Part shown: positions 9,714 to 17,908 of the stretch, piece by piece
Numbering within the stretch: position 1 is the first letter of the stretch
Layout: the number at the start of each line of letters is the position of its first letter
Source of the DNA: Planctomycetota bacterium
GTDB taxonomy: Bacteria > Planctomycetota > Planctomycetia > Pirellulales > Lacipirellulaceae
DNA: 64,000 nt
Assembly (NCBI GenBank): GCA_039190745.1
Contig: JBCCXZ010000015.1
Span: 1-64,000 of the forward strand
Direction: 5' to 3'
Notes under the pieces: generated by a model
Told to the model about the DNA's origin: nothing
The model's database searches: none
What the model saw: the letters and a program-made list of their open reading frames with translations, nothing else
Translations under genes and position numbers: made by a program

Positions 9714-9752
9714 AAAGTCGCGTCGGTGGCCCAGACCGAGGCGACTTTCCAA
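9714..9752. repeat. Hairpin repeat copy B (right of marR cassette)
   Basis: AAAGTCGCGTCGGT-GGCCCAG-ACCGAGGCGACTTT then CCAA. Preceded by perfect palindrome CAACTTCGCGAAGTTG (9688-9703). Confidence 0.7.
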
Positions 9753-9910
9753 CGACTGCCAGCTGCACAGGAGGCCTCGCCCTGAATACGGTGACACGCC
9801 CTAGAATTGTCGTTTGAAGTACTCACAGAGTGCAGGACTTCCAGGACAGCTCCGGGGGCAGGTTGCTCCGGTAACCCATTCCGAACTTAACGTCCCGCTA
9901 CCGTGGCGGC

Positions 9911-10669
9911 CTAACCGTGCCGCGGGTAGTACCTGGCAAGCATCTCCGGGCTCACGCCCAACCTGTGCGACGCAAGCATCGACCAGTTCCGCAACGTCTG
10001 CCGCACCACGCCGTGGCGCTGCCAGCGGCGGGCGCTCACAGCGATCGGCCCGTCCAACAGCACCGGCCGACCGTGGACTGCCAGCTTCCGCATCAGCCGC
10101 ACGTCTTCCATCAGTGGAACCTCCGGGAAGCCGCCCACCTCGTCGAACACGGCGCGCCGAACGAAAATCCCCTGGTCGCCGTACGCCAAGCCCGCCAGTC
10201 TCAGCCGGGCCGCGTTGCCCCGCTCGATCACCCGGTAGGCGAGCCCCGCCGCGATGATTTCCTGCCGGAACCCGCCGTAGACCACGCGGGTGTCTCGCAT
10301 CGCTTCGGCGACTTGGGACAAGCAGCCGAGAGAAAGCCGGTTGTCCGCGTGCAGGAAGAGCAGCACGTCGCCGGCGGCCGCAGCCGCGCCGGTATTCTGC
10401 TGCACCGCACGCCCTGCTTCGGCAGTGAACACCTTCGCTCCGCAGGCTTCCGCGATCGCAACCGTCTCGTCTGAGCTCCCGCCGTCACACACGACAACCT
10501 CAGTGGCCCCGGCTTCGCGGGCGCTCCGAATGCAGCCCTCGATCTGCCCAGCCTCGTTCAGCGCTGGGATGACCACCGACACGCCCAGGCCGATCTCAGC
10601 GGCTTCCGCCACAGAGCCGCTCGGTGCGGGCTTAGCCTGCGCAAATGGGGTGGTTTGCGGAGGTTTCAT
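9911..10669 (-). CDS. GT2 glycosyltransferase, TIGR04283-like
   Basis: SVVIPALNEA, VCDGGSSDET, GRAVQQNTGA, LLFLHAD, YGDQGIFVRR, PLMEDV, VSARRW. Confidence 0.88.
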   Translation of the reverse strand: MKPPQTTPFAQAKPAPSGSVAEAAEIGLGVSVVIPALNEAGQIEGCIRSAREAGATEVVVCDGGSSDETVAIAEACGAKVFTAEAGRAVQQNTGAAAAAGDVLLFLHADNRLSLGCLSQVAEAMRDTRVVYGGFRQEIIAAGLAYRVIERGNAARLRLAGLAYGDQGIFVRRAVFDEVGGFPEVPLMEDVRLMRKLAVHGRPVLLDGPIAVSARRWQRHGVVRQTLRNWSMLASHRLGVSPEMLARYYPRHG

Positions 10670-10839
10670 TGGGATCGGCGGCCGGAACCGCTATAGTGTG
10701 CCTCGGCGGCGGTCTCTGGACTGCGTGCCGTTGATACTCGAATTCGTCATTCTAGTCGCCCGAGTGTGAGCCTCTGTGCCGGAGCCCACCAACGGCGCGC
10801 CGCCGATGGGGCCCGGAAGCCCGTTTCTCGGAGAACTGC

Positions 10840-11829
10840 ATGAAGCTGCGGCTGGGGGTCGTCGGGGTCGGCAACGCTTGGGAATCGCGCCACCTCCCGG
10901 CCTTGCGCACCCTTTCGGACCGCTTCCAGGTCATCGGCGTCTGCGACCCCGTCTACCACCGGGCAGAACGCGCCGCCGCTCAGCTCAAGGCACGACCGTG
11001 CGAGGGTTTCCGCTCGCTGACCGAGCGGTCTGACATCGACGCGGTGCTGATGCTCTCCTCCGAGTGGTACGGCCCGCTGCCGATCTACGCCGCCTGCGAC
11101 GCGAGCAAGGCGATCTACTGCGGCGCGGCGATCGACCTGCATAACGGTGAAGCCGCGAAGCTCAAGCAGCGGGTCGACGAAGCCGGCGTGGCCTTCATGG
11201 CCGAGTTCCCCTGCCGCCTTTCGCCCGCAACGCTGCGGCTCAAAGAATTGATCGCCACTAAGCTCGGGGCGCCGCGACTGCTGTTTTGTAACCGTCGGCG
11301 TACGCGGCGAACGGGACCCAAGGCCGAAACCTCCGGCTGCGAACGCGACCTCGCCGAGCTCATCGACTGGTGCCGCTACGTCGCGGCGGCCGAGCCGGAG
11401 TCTCTCGTCGCAACCGCCCATCGACCGGCTGCGGACGCTGCTCACCATTTCGTGTCGGTTAGCCTCGACTTCGCAGCGCCGGAGGGAGAGCAGGGCACGA
11501 AGGCGATGATCTCCTGCGGCGACTACCTCACGCCCGACCTGAGCGAGTCGCTCGCCTACCGGAGGCCGGCCGATTTGAAAGTAGTCTGCGACGGCGGAGT
11601 CGCCTTCGTCGATCTGCCCAACACCGTCGCGTGGTTCGACCAGGCTGGCCAACACCTCGAGCGGCTCGAGCATGAGCGCCCCGTCGGCGAACTGCTCCTG
11701 CTGCACTTCCAGCGGGCGGTGGAAAGCCTTGTGCTGAAGTCCTCCAACGTCGAAGACGCCTACCAAGCGGTCCGGCTTGCAAACCGAGCCCGTGAGAGCG
11801 CCGAACAGGGCACGAGGCTCGCCTGCTAG
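10840..11829 (+). CDS. Gfo/Idh/MocA-family oxidoreductase-like protein (degenerate)
   Basis: LRLGVVGVGNAW..RHLPAL, GVCDP, DIDAVL Rossmann N-terminus. EKP motif absent. Confidence 0.8.
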   Translation: MKLRLGVVGVGNAWESRHLPALRTLSDRFQVIGVCDPVYHRAERAAAQLKARPCEGFRSLTERSDIDAVLMLSSEWYGPLPIYAACDASKAIYCGAAIDLHNGEAAKLKQRVDEAGVAFMAEFPCRLSPATLRLKELIATKLGAPRLLFCNRRRTRRTGPKAETSGCERDLAELIDWCRYVAAAEPESLVATAHRPAADAAHHFVSVSLDFAAPEGEQGTKAMISCGDYLTPDLSESLAYRRPADLKVVCDGGVAFVDLPNTVAWFDQAGQHLERLEHERPVGELLLLHFQRAVESLVLKSSNVEDAYQAVRLANRARESAEQGTRLAC

Positions 11830-11857
11830 GAGCCCGCACTCCACGCCCAACCATCGT

Positions 11858-11887
11858 TTGACACCCCGCAGCGGCCACCCGTATATT
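11858..11887 (+). promoter_or_regulatory. sigma70-type promoter upstream of tkt
   Basis: TTGACA (11858-11863), 18-bp spacer, TATATT (11882-11887), about 100 bp before the tkt ATG. Confidence 0.6.
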
Positions 11888-11989
11888 GCTGGCAATTCAG
11901 GGTTTACGGAAACTCACACCGCATCGCACGGCCATCCGCGGCCCCCGCCGCTCAGCTCGTCCAACCGCTCAACTACCCCCCGGTTAGCC

Positions 11990-14041
11990 ATGTCGTCTGC
12001 TACTGAAACCGACGTCCAACTCGTCATCGACACCATCCGCACCCTCTCGATGGACGGCGTCCAAGCGGCCAACAGCGGGCACCCAGGCACGCCGATGGCA
12101 TTGGCGCCGGTCGCCTACAAACTGTGGTCGGAGGTTCTCCGGTACGACCCCACGCAGCCGCTCTGGCCCAACCGCGATCGCTACGTCCTCTCCTGCGGTC
12201 ACGCCTCGATGCTGCTCTACTCCGTCCTCCACTTGGCAGGCGTGTGCAAAACCGACGCCCACGGGCGCGGCACCGGCGAGCCGGCCCTGTCGCTCGACGA
12301 CCTGAAGAACTTCCGCCAGTGGGGCAGCCTCACCCCGGGTCATCCCGAGTACGGCCACACCGCCGGCGTCGAGACCACCACCGGCCCGCTCGGCCAGGGA
12401 TGCGGCAACAGCGTCGGCATGGCCGCCGCCGGCCGTTGGCTCGCCGCCCGCTACAACAAGCCCGGCTTCGAGGTCTTCGACTACAACGTCTACGCCCAGT
12501 GCAGCGACGGCGACCTGATGGAAGGCGTCGCCTGCGAGGCCGCTTCGCTCGCCGGCCACCTCAAGCTCAGCAACCTCTGCTGGGTCTACGACGACAACCA
12601 GATCACCATCGAGGGCCGCACCGACTTGGCCTTCAGCGAAGACGTCGCCACCCGCTTCCGCGGCCTTGGCTGGAGCGTCCTGCAAGTGGACGACGCCAAC
12701 GACCTCGACGCACTCGGCACAGCCTACAAGGCGTTCAGCGAAAACCAGGACGGCCCGACGCTTATCATCGTCAAGAGCATCATCGGCTACGGGGCCCCCA
12801 ACAAGGCCGACACCGCCGGAGCCCACGGCTCGCCGCTGGGCGACGACGAAATCGCCGCTACGAAGAAAGCTTACGGCTGGCCCGCCGACGAGAAGTTCCG
12901 CGTGCCCGACGGCGTCCGCGACCACTTGGCCGGCACGCTCGGCGAACGGGGCAAGCTCGCCCGCGAGGCGTGGGAGGGCATGCTGGCAGACTACGCCGAG
13001 AAGTTCCCCGCCGAGGCCAAAGAGCTGCAGCAGATGCACTACGGCGAGCTGCCCGACGGCTGGGACGCCGGCCCGCTCACCTTTGAAGCCGACGCCAAAG
13101 GCACGGCCACCCGCGGATCGGCCGGCAAAGCGCTCAACCACTTCGCCCAGAAGGTGCCCTGGCTCATCGGCGGCTCGGCCGACCTGGCCCCCTCGACCAA
13201 GACGCTGCTCACGTTCGACGGAACCGGCACTTTCTCCGCCGACGACTACAGCGGCCGCAACTTCCACTTCGGCATCCGCGAACACGCCATGGCCTCGGCC
13301 GCCAACGGCATGGCCCTCAGCGGCGTGAGGCCCTACGTTGCAACTTTCTTCGTCTTTAGCGACTACCTCCGCCCCGCGATGCGGCTCTCGGCGCTCATGG
13401 GCCTGCCTGTGGTGTACGTCTTCACGCACGACTCGATCGGCGTCGGCGAAGACGGACCCACGCACCAGCCGGTGGAACACCTCGCCGCCGCCCGCTCCAT
13501 CCCGGGCTTGGTCGTCCTCCGCCCCGGCGACGCGAACGAAGCGGTGGAAGCCTGGCAAGCCGCGTTGGCGTCCACCGACCGCCCCTCGGCGCTAGTGCTC
13601 ACCCGCCAGAACCTGCCGACGCTCGACCGCAACGAGTTCGCCCCCGCCGCCGGCACACGCAAGGGCGGCTACGTCGTGGCCGACGCCGACAATCCGCAGG
13701 CCATCCTGATCGCAACCGGCAGCGAACTCTCCATCGCGATGGAAGCCCGGAAGAAGCTCGCCGCAGACGGCGTTGCGGCCAGGGTCGTCAGCATGCCCTC
13801 GATGGAGCTGTTCGAAGACCAGCCCCAGGCTTACCGGGACGAGGTGCTCCCGCCGTCGGTCACGGCACGTGTCGCGGTCGAGGTTGGTGTCCGCCAAGGC
13901 TGGGACCGCTACCTGGGGCCCGCCGGCGAATTCATCGGCGTCAACCGTTTCGGCGCGTCGGCGCCGTTCGCGACAATCTACGAAGAGCTGGGCATCACCC
14001 CCGAAGCCGTCGCGGCCGCGGCAAAAAAACAGCTCGGCTAG
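11990..14041 (+). CDS. tkt: Transketolase
   Basis: ANSGHPG, NRDRYVLSCGH, TTGPLGQG, SDGDLMEG (TPP motif), FGIREHAM, GEDGPTHQPVE. Confidence 0.97.
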   Translation: MSSATETDVQLVIDTIRTLSMDGVQAANSGHPGTPMALAPVAYKLWSEVLRYDPTQPLWPNRDRYVLSCGHASMLLYSVLHLAGVCKTDAHGRGTGEPALSLDDLKNFRQWGSLTPGHPEYGHTAGVETTTGPLGQGCGNSVGMAAAGRWLAARYNKPGFEVFDYNVYAQCSDGDLMEGVACEAASLAGHLKLSNLCWVYDDNQITIEGRTDLAFSEDVATRFRGLGWSVLQVDDANDLDALGTAYKAFSENQDGPTLIIVKSIIGYGAPNKADTAGAHGSPLGDDEIAATKKAYGWPADEKFRVPDGVRDHLAGTLGERGKLAREAWEGMLADYAEKFPAEAKELQQMHYGELPDGWDAGPLTFEADAKGTATRGSAGKALNHFAQKVPWLIGGSADLAPSTKTLLTFDGTGTFSADDYSGRNFHFGIREHAMASAANGMALSGVRPYVATFFVFSDYLRPAMRLSALMGLPVVYVFTHDSIGVGEDGPTHQPVEHLAAARSIPGLVVLRPGDANEAVEAWQAALASTDRPSALVLTRQNLPTLDRNEFAPAAGTRKGGYVVADADNPQAILIATGSELSIAMEARKKLAADGVAARVVSMPSMELFEDQPQAYRDEVLPPSVTARVAVEVGVRQGWDRYLGPAGEFIGVNRFGASAPFATIYEELGITPEAVAAAAKKQLG

Positions 14042-14044
14042 TCG

Positions 14045-14854
14045 ATGCCCATCGGCGAATGCGGAGCGAACGTGCAGCACATCGTCTCGATCCCCGGCTT
14101 CGCTGAGCCATTTAGCAGCCTGTCGCACTTCGTCGGCGCCTTTGCGTTTGCCGTTCTCAGTATTCCGCTCCTTTCCCGAGGCCGGGGCGAACTGGGGCGT
14201 GCTATGTCGCTCGCCGTCTTCTCGTTCGGCGCCGTGCTGCTGCTTTCACTCAGCGGGGTGACCCACCAGCTCACCCCCGGCACCAACGCACGCGCAGTGC
14301 TCAGCCGGCTCGACCACGCGGCCATCTTCGTGCTCATCGCCAGCACCTTCACCCCGGTGCATGCTATCCTCTTCCGCGGTATCGGCCGTTGGGGCATGCT
14401 CCTGTTGATCTGGGGCGTCGCTGCGCTGGGCATCACCCTCAAGATGGTCTTCTTCGAGCAGATCCCGTATGCCGCGGGCGCGGCGCTCTATATCGGCATG
14501 GGCTGGATCGGCCTCGGCTCCACCGTTTCCCTCTGGCGACGTTACGGTTTCGCAGTGGTTCAGCCCATCGCCTGGGGCGGCATCGTGTACACTCTCGGGG
14601 TGGTGATCGAAGTCCTCGGCGCCCGCTACGGCTGGCCGTCGCCGCTGCCGGCGGTCGTCCAGTGGCACGAGGTTTTCCACGTGGCGGTCCTCATTGGGCT
14701 CGCATGCCATTGGGCGTTTGTGTTCCATATCGCCGACGGCTCGGTCCGCCCCGGCCCGCCGACCTCATCCGGCGGGCATCGCCAGCAAGAACAGAGCAAA
14801 TCACAGAGTGCGTCCCCGCCGCAAAAGGCCGAAACCCCATGCGTAAACACCTGA
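14045..14854 (+). CDS. Hemolysin III / PAQR (TrhA-like) membrane protein
   Basis: EPFSSLSH, S..TH, RLDHAAIFVLIASTFTP, YIGMGW, GGIVYTLG, HEVFHVAV. Seven hydrophobic segments. Confidence 0.9.
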   Translation: MPIGECGANVQHIVSIPGFAEPFSSLSHFVGAFAFAVLSIPLLSRGRGELGRAMSLAVFSFGAVLLLSLSGVTHQLTPGTNARAVLSRLDHAAIFVLIASTFTPVHAILFRGIGRWGMLLLIWGVAALGITLKMVFFEQIPYAAGAALYIGMGWIGLGSTVSLWRRYGFAVVQPIAWGGIVYTLGVVIEVLGARYGWPSPLPAVVQWHEVFHVAVLIGLACHWAFVFHIADGSVRPGPPTSSGGHRQQEQSKSQSASPPQKAETPCVNT

Positions 14855-16599
14855 CGGTCCTGATCGTCGCGGCAACCTGCCTCATTGCCGGCGTCGCCCC
14901 GGCCGCCCAAGAGCCGGCTCCGGTCCCCAAGAATGCGCTGGCGTACCTGCTCATCAAGAGCCCGTCCGAAACCAGCGACGCCGCCAGCCGGCTCGCCCAG
15001 TCGGTCGGCGTGCCCCTGCCGAACCTGATGCCCCTGGTCGCCGCGGCGGGCCTCGGCCGCGGGGTCGACCAACGAAGCGAGTGGGTCTTCGCGGTCCTTC
15101 CGGGAACGAGTTGGCTCTACGACCCCGTCCCCATGCTTGTGCTCCCGGTGTCGGACTACCAGGAGTTCGCCGACGCCGTGCAAGCCGACCCGTCCGGCGC
15201 CCTCTGCAGCATCCAACTGATGGGCGAGGAAGTACTCGTCGGCCGCCGCGGTGACCACGCCATGCTCATGAACGCCGAGCACCGCAACCTGCTCACCGGT
15301 TTCCTACGCTACGAATCCAATATCCGGCCCACTATGCAGCGAGTCGAGGCGACGCTCGACGACTGCGGGGCCGTTCTCGTGTTCACTCGCGGCGGCCTGC
15401 GTGCGATGCTCCAGCCGCGTCCCAAGGCCGCCCCGCCCGGCGCCGGGGACGGCGGTTACGCCGCGGCGGTCCACAAAGCCTTCTGGCCCTACGCAGAGAG
15501 CCTCGGGGTCTTGGCCCGGCCCCTGAAGCTCCAGGCCCGCGGGGCGGCAATTGGCTTCGGCATAGATCCACCGCAGGCCAACCAGGCCCCACCCGATCAG
15601 CCCGAAACACTCCGTGTGAAGTGGGCCGTCGACTTCCCCGCAAGACCCTCCGCCGCGACGCCCGGAGGAGAGGCCGCCCGGCAAGCCCGGGTAGATTGGA
15701 TGAAAACCTTCCCAGAAAAACCGCTCGTCGCGGCCGCCGGCGGGCCCGTTTCTCCAGCCGGGGCGGAGCGGTTCGTGCAAACCATGATCGCCACCGAACG
15801 CCGCGACGCGGCCGCATCGGGCTTTGGCCAGTTCGGCGCCGAAGAGTGGCAGCTCATCGAGCGGTGCTACCGCGACCTCGCCACGGGCGTCCGGCGCCTG
15901 GCCGTCGTGGTCCGCAACCCGGCCGAGGACGAATCCCTCTTCGCCGCCCTGGCGGCCCGCGTGAGCGTCGACGACCCCGACGCCTACCTCGAGCAAATCC
16001 GCAGCTACTGCGCGGCCGCTCAAAAGATCAACGAACGGGCGGACACCGATATCCGCCTGGAATACGAGATCCAAGAGCGCCCTTTCAGCGACGACCAGGG
16101 CCTCACTGTGGAGGTCGATCTCCTGCAAGGCGCCGGTGACGAGAACAACGCGGTCTGGCAGCTCTGGCTGCAGAAGTTCCTCGGCGCCGACCGGAAGCTC
16201 CGCGTGTTCTTCGGACCCAACGGCGAGGAGGAGGTCGTGGTTGCCCTGCAGTCCGAGCAGCTCCTCGACAAACTCATCGAAGGCCCCGCCGACGGCGGCG
16301 AGAACCTGACCGACCACCCACTCACGAAGAAAACGCTCGCGCTCATGGGAGACAACGACGGCTGGTCCGCCCTCGTGAGCCCCTCCGGCTACGCCGCCCT
16401 CTTCCAGCGGCTGATCGAAATCCTCTCCGGCGGCTGGGGCGCCGCCCCGCAGATGCCAAAGTTCCCCGACTGCCCGCCGATCGGCATCAGCACGCAACTG
16501 AACAACGGCAATTGGTCCGGTGAGATCGTCGCGACGCTCGAAACGCTCCAGGCAACCGTCAAGTTTGCCCGTGAAGCCGGAATGCGGCAGCCGCGCTAG
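14839..16599 (+). CDS. Hypothetical secreted protein
   Basis: ATG 14839 followed by a signal peptide (MRKHLTVLIVAATCLIAGVAPAA). Host-like codon bias. Confidence 0.75.
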   Translation: MRKHLTVLIVAATCLIAGVAPAAQEPAPVPKNALAYLLIKSPSETSDAASRLAQSVGVPLPNLMPLVAAAGLGRGVDQRSEWVFAVLPGTSWLYDPVPMLVLPVSDYQEFADAVQADPSGALCSIQLMGEEVLVGRRGDHAMLMNAEHRNLLTGFLRYESNIRPTMQRVEATLDDCGAVLVFTRGGLRAMLQPRPKAAPPGAGDGGYAAAVHKAFWPYAESLGVLARPLKLQARGAAIGFGIDPPQANQAPPDQPETLRVKWAVDFPARPSAATPGGEAARQARVDWMKTFPEKPLVAAAGGPVSPAGAERFVQTMIATERRDAAASGFGQFGAEEWQLIERCYRDLATGVRRLAVVVRNPAEDESLFAALAARVSVDDPDAYLEQIRSYCAAAQKINERADTDIRLEYEIQERPFSDDQGLTVEVDLLQGAGDENNAVWQLWLQKFLGADRKLRVFFGPNGEEEVVVALQSEQLLDKLIEGPADGGENLTDHPLTKKTLALMGDNDGWSALVSPSGYAALFQRLIEILSGGWGAAPQMPKFPDCPPIGISTQLNNGNWSGEIVATLETLQATVKFAREAGMRQPR

Positions 16600-16722
16600 C
16601 GTGGCTGTTCAGCGGCCAGTGCAGATCGGGTGGCACGGACTGTCGACCGAAGTCGACGCAGTGAGCACCAAGACAAAACCGGCCGATTGTCCGTGTGCGG
16701 AGCACAAGAGGCGAACCGACCG

Positions 16723-17895
16723 TCAGCCCTCATTCCCCAACAGAACCGCTTCACAAACGTCTGCGCCCGCAGACTCAACCGGAACCGCTGCCCAGTCCGC
16801 CCGCACGCCAGGGCGCAGCTCTCCGCAAGTGCCCGCCCAACCCACCGCCTCCGCCGCGTCCACGGTTGCCATCCGAAGCACTGCGCTCGGCTCTAGTCGC
16901 GGGTGCCGTCGCCACAGCTCTCGCAGCTCGCCGAGCACCGATAGGTCGGGGTTCGACGCCCGGCTGTCCGTGCCCACGACGACGCGGACGCCAGCGTCGA
17001 GCATCCGCTGGAGTGGGTATGGCTCGTGCCCGAAGTAGGCGTGCGTCCGCGGGCAGTAGACCACCGACAAACGCTCGCGGTGCGCCGCGCAGAACGCGAT
17101 CTCTTCCTCGTTGAGGTAGTTCCCGTGTACCACCAACGCCCGCGGCGCCCGGGCGAGCTGCTTCAGGTAGTCCAGCGCCGCCGTCCCGCGGGGGATCGAC
17201 TCGCCGTCCCACATGCTCCGCTCGTCGAGCAGCTCGCGGAACGGCCCGGCGCCGTCGCGCAACAGTTGCAGCTCTTCCCGCGACTCGGCCAAGTGCATCG
17301 CGACGAGCGAATCGCTCCGCACCGCCGCGTCGACAATCCGCTCCACCAACCGCGGGTGGACCGTGTAGGGGGCGTGGGGACTCCAACCGGCGTCTCCATG
17401 CCGCGACAACCCGGCGCGGCACTCTTCGACTGCGGCGAGCGCCGAATCGACCCGCGCCGTGGAAAACCCAATCGACTCGCAAAGCGGCAGCACCCGCGGC
17501 GCCCGGTCCGGCCGTGGGTAGGCAGCCGTCGTCGCAATGTCGACCACGCCCGTCACGCCGGCCGCCAAAGACTCGGCCAACCCCGCCTCGATCGCCTCAG
17601 CGCGTCGCTCTTCGCCGGAACTGCCCCGTTGAGCAATCACGAGCCGGATCCACTCCGGCAGCGTCATCCCCTGCGTACCGAGCGGCCGCTCCAGCAGGCT
17701 GAACTCGAGATGCGTGTGGGCGTTGACGAGGCCCGGCAGAATCGCCGCATCGCCCAGGTCTTCGCCCGCGGGGTCGCCGGGCCGCGCCTGACGCACAGCC
17801 GAGATGCGGTCGCCTTCGATCTCGACGACCCCGTTCTCGATCGGCGGCTCGCAGATCGGCACAACCCACCGGGCACGCAGCAGTCGCTTCGCCAT
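16723..17895 (-). CDS. Amidohydrolase, probable aminodeoxyfutalosine deaminase
   Basis: PGLVNAHTHLE, SPHAPYTV, MHLAES.EE, VHGNY, GTDSRASN metal motifs. Last gene of the mqnA-mqnC run. Confidence 0.8.
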   Translation of the reverse strand: MAKRLLRARWVVPICEPPIENGVVEIEGDRISAVRQARPGDPAGEDLGDAAILPGLVNAHTHLEFSLLERPLGTQGMTLPEWIRLVIAQRGSSGEERRAEAIEAGLAESLAAGVTGVVDIATTAAYPRPDRAPRVLPLCESIGFSTARVDSALAAVEECRAGLSRHGDAGWSPHAPYTVHPRLVERIVDAAVRSDSLVAMHLAESREELQLLRDGAGPFRELLDERSMWDGESIPRGTAALDYLKQLARAPRALVVHGNYLNEEEIAFCAAHRERLSVVYCPRTHAYFGHEPYPLQRMLDAGVRVVVGTDSRASNPDLSVLGELRELWRRHPRLEPSAVLRMATVDAAEAVGWAGTCGELRPGVRADWAAVPVESAGADVCEAVLLGNEG

Positions 17896-17908
17896 GCTAC
17901 TCCACGAA

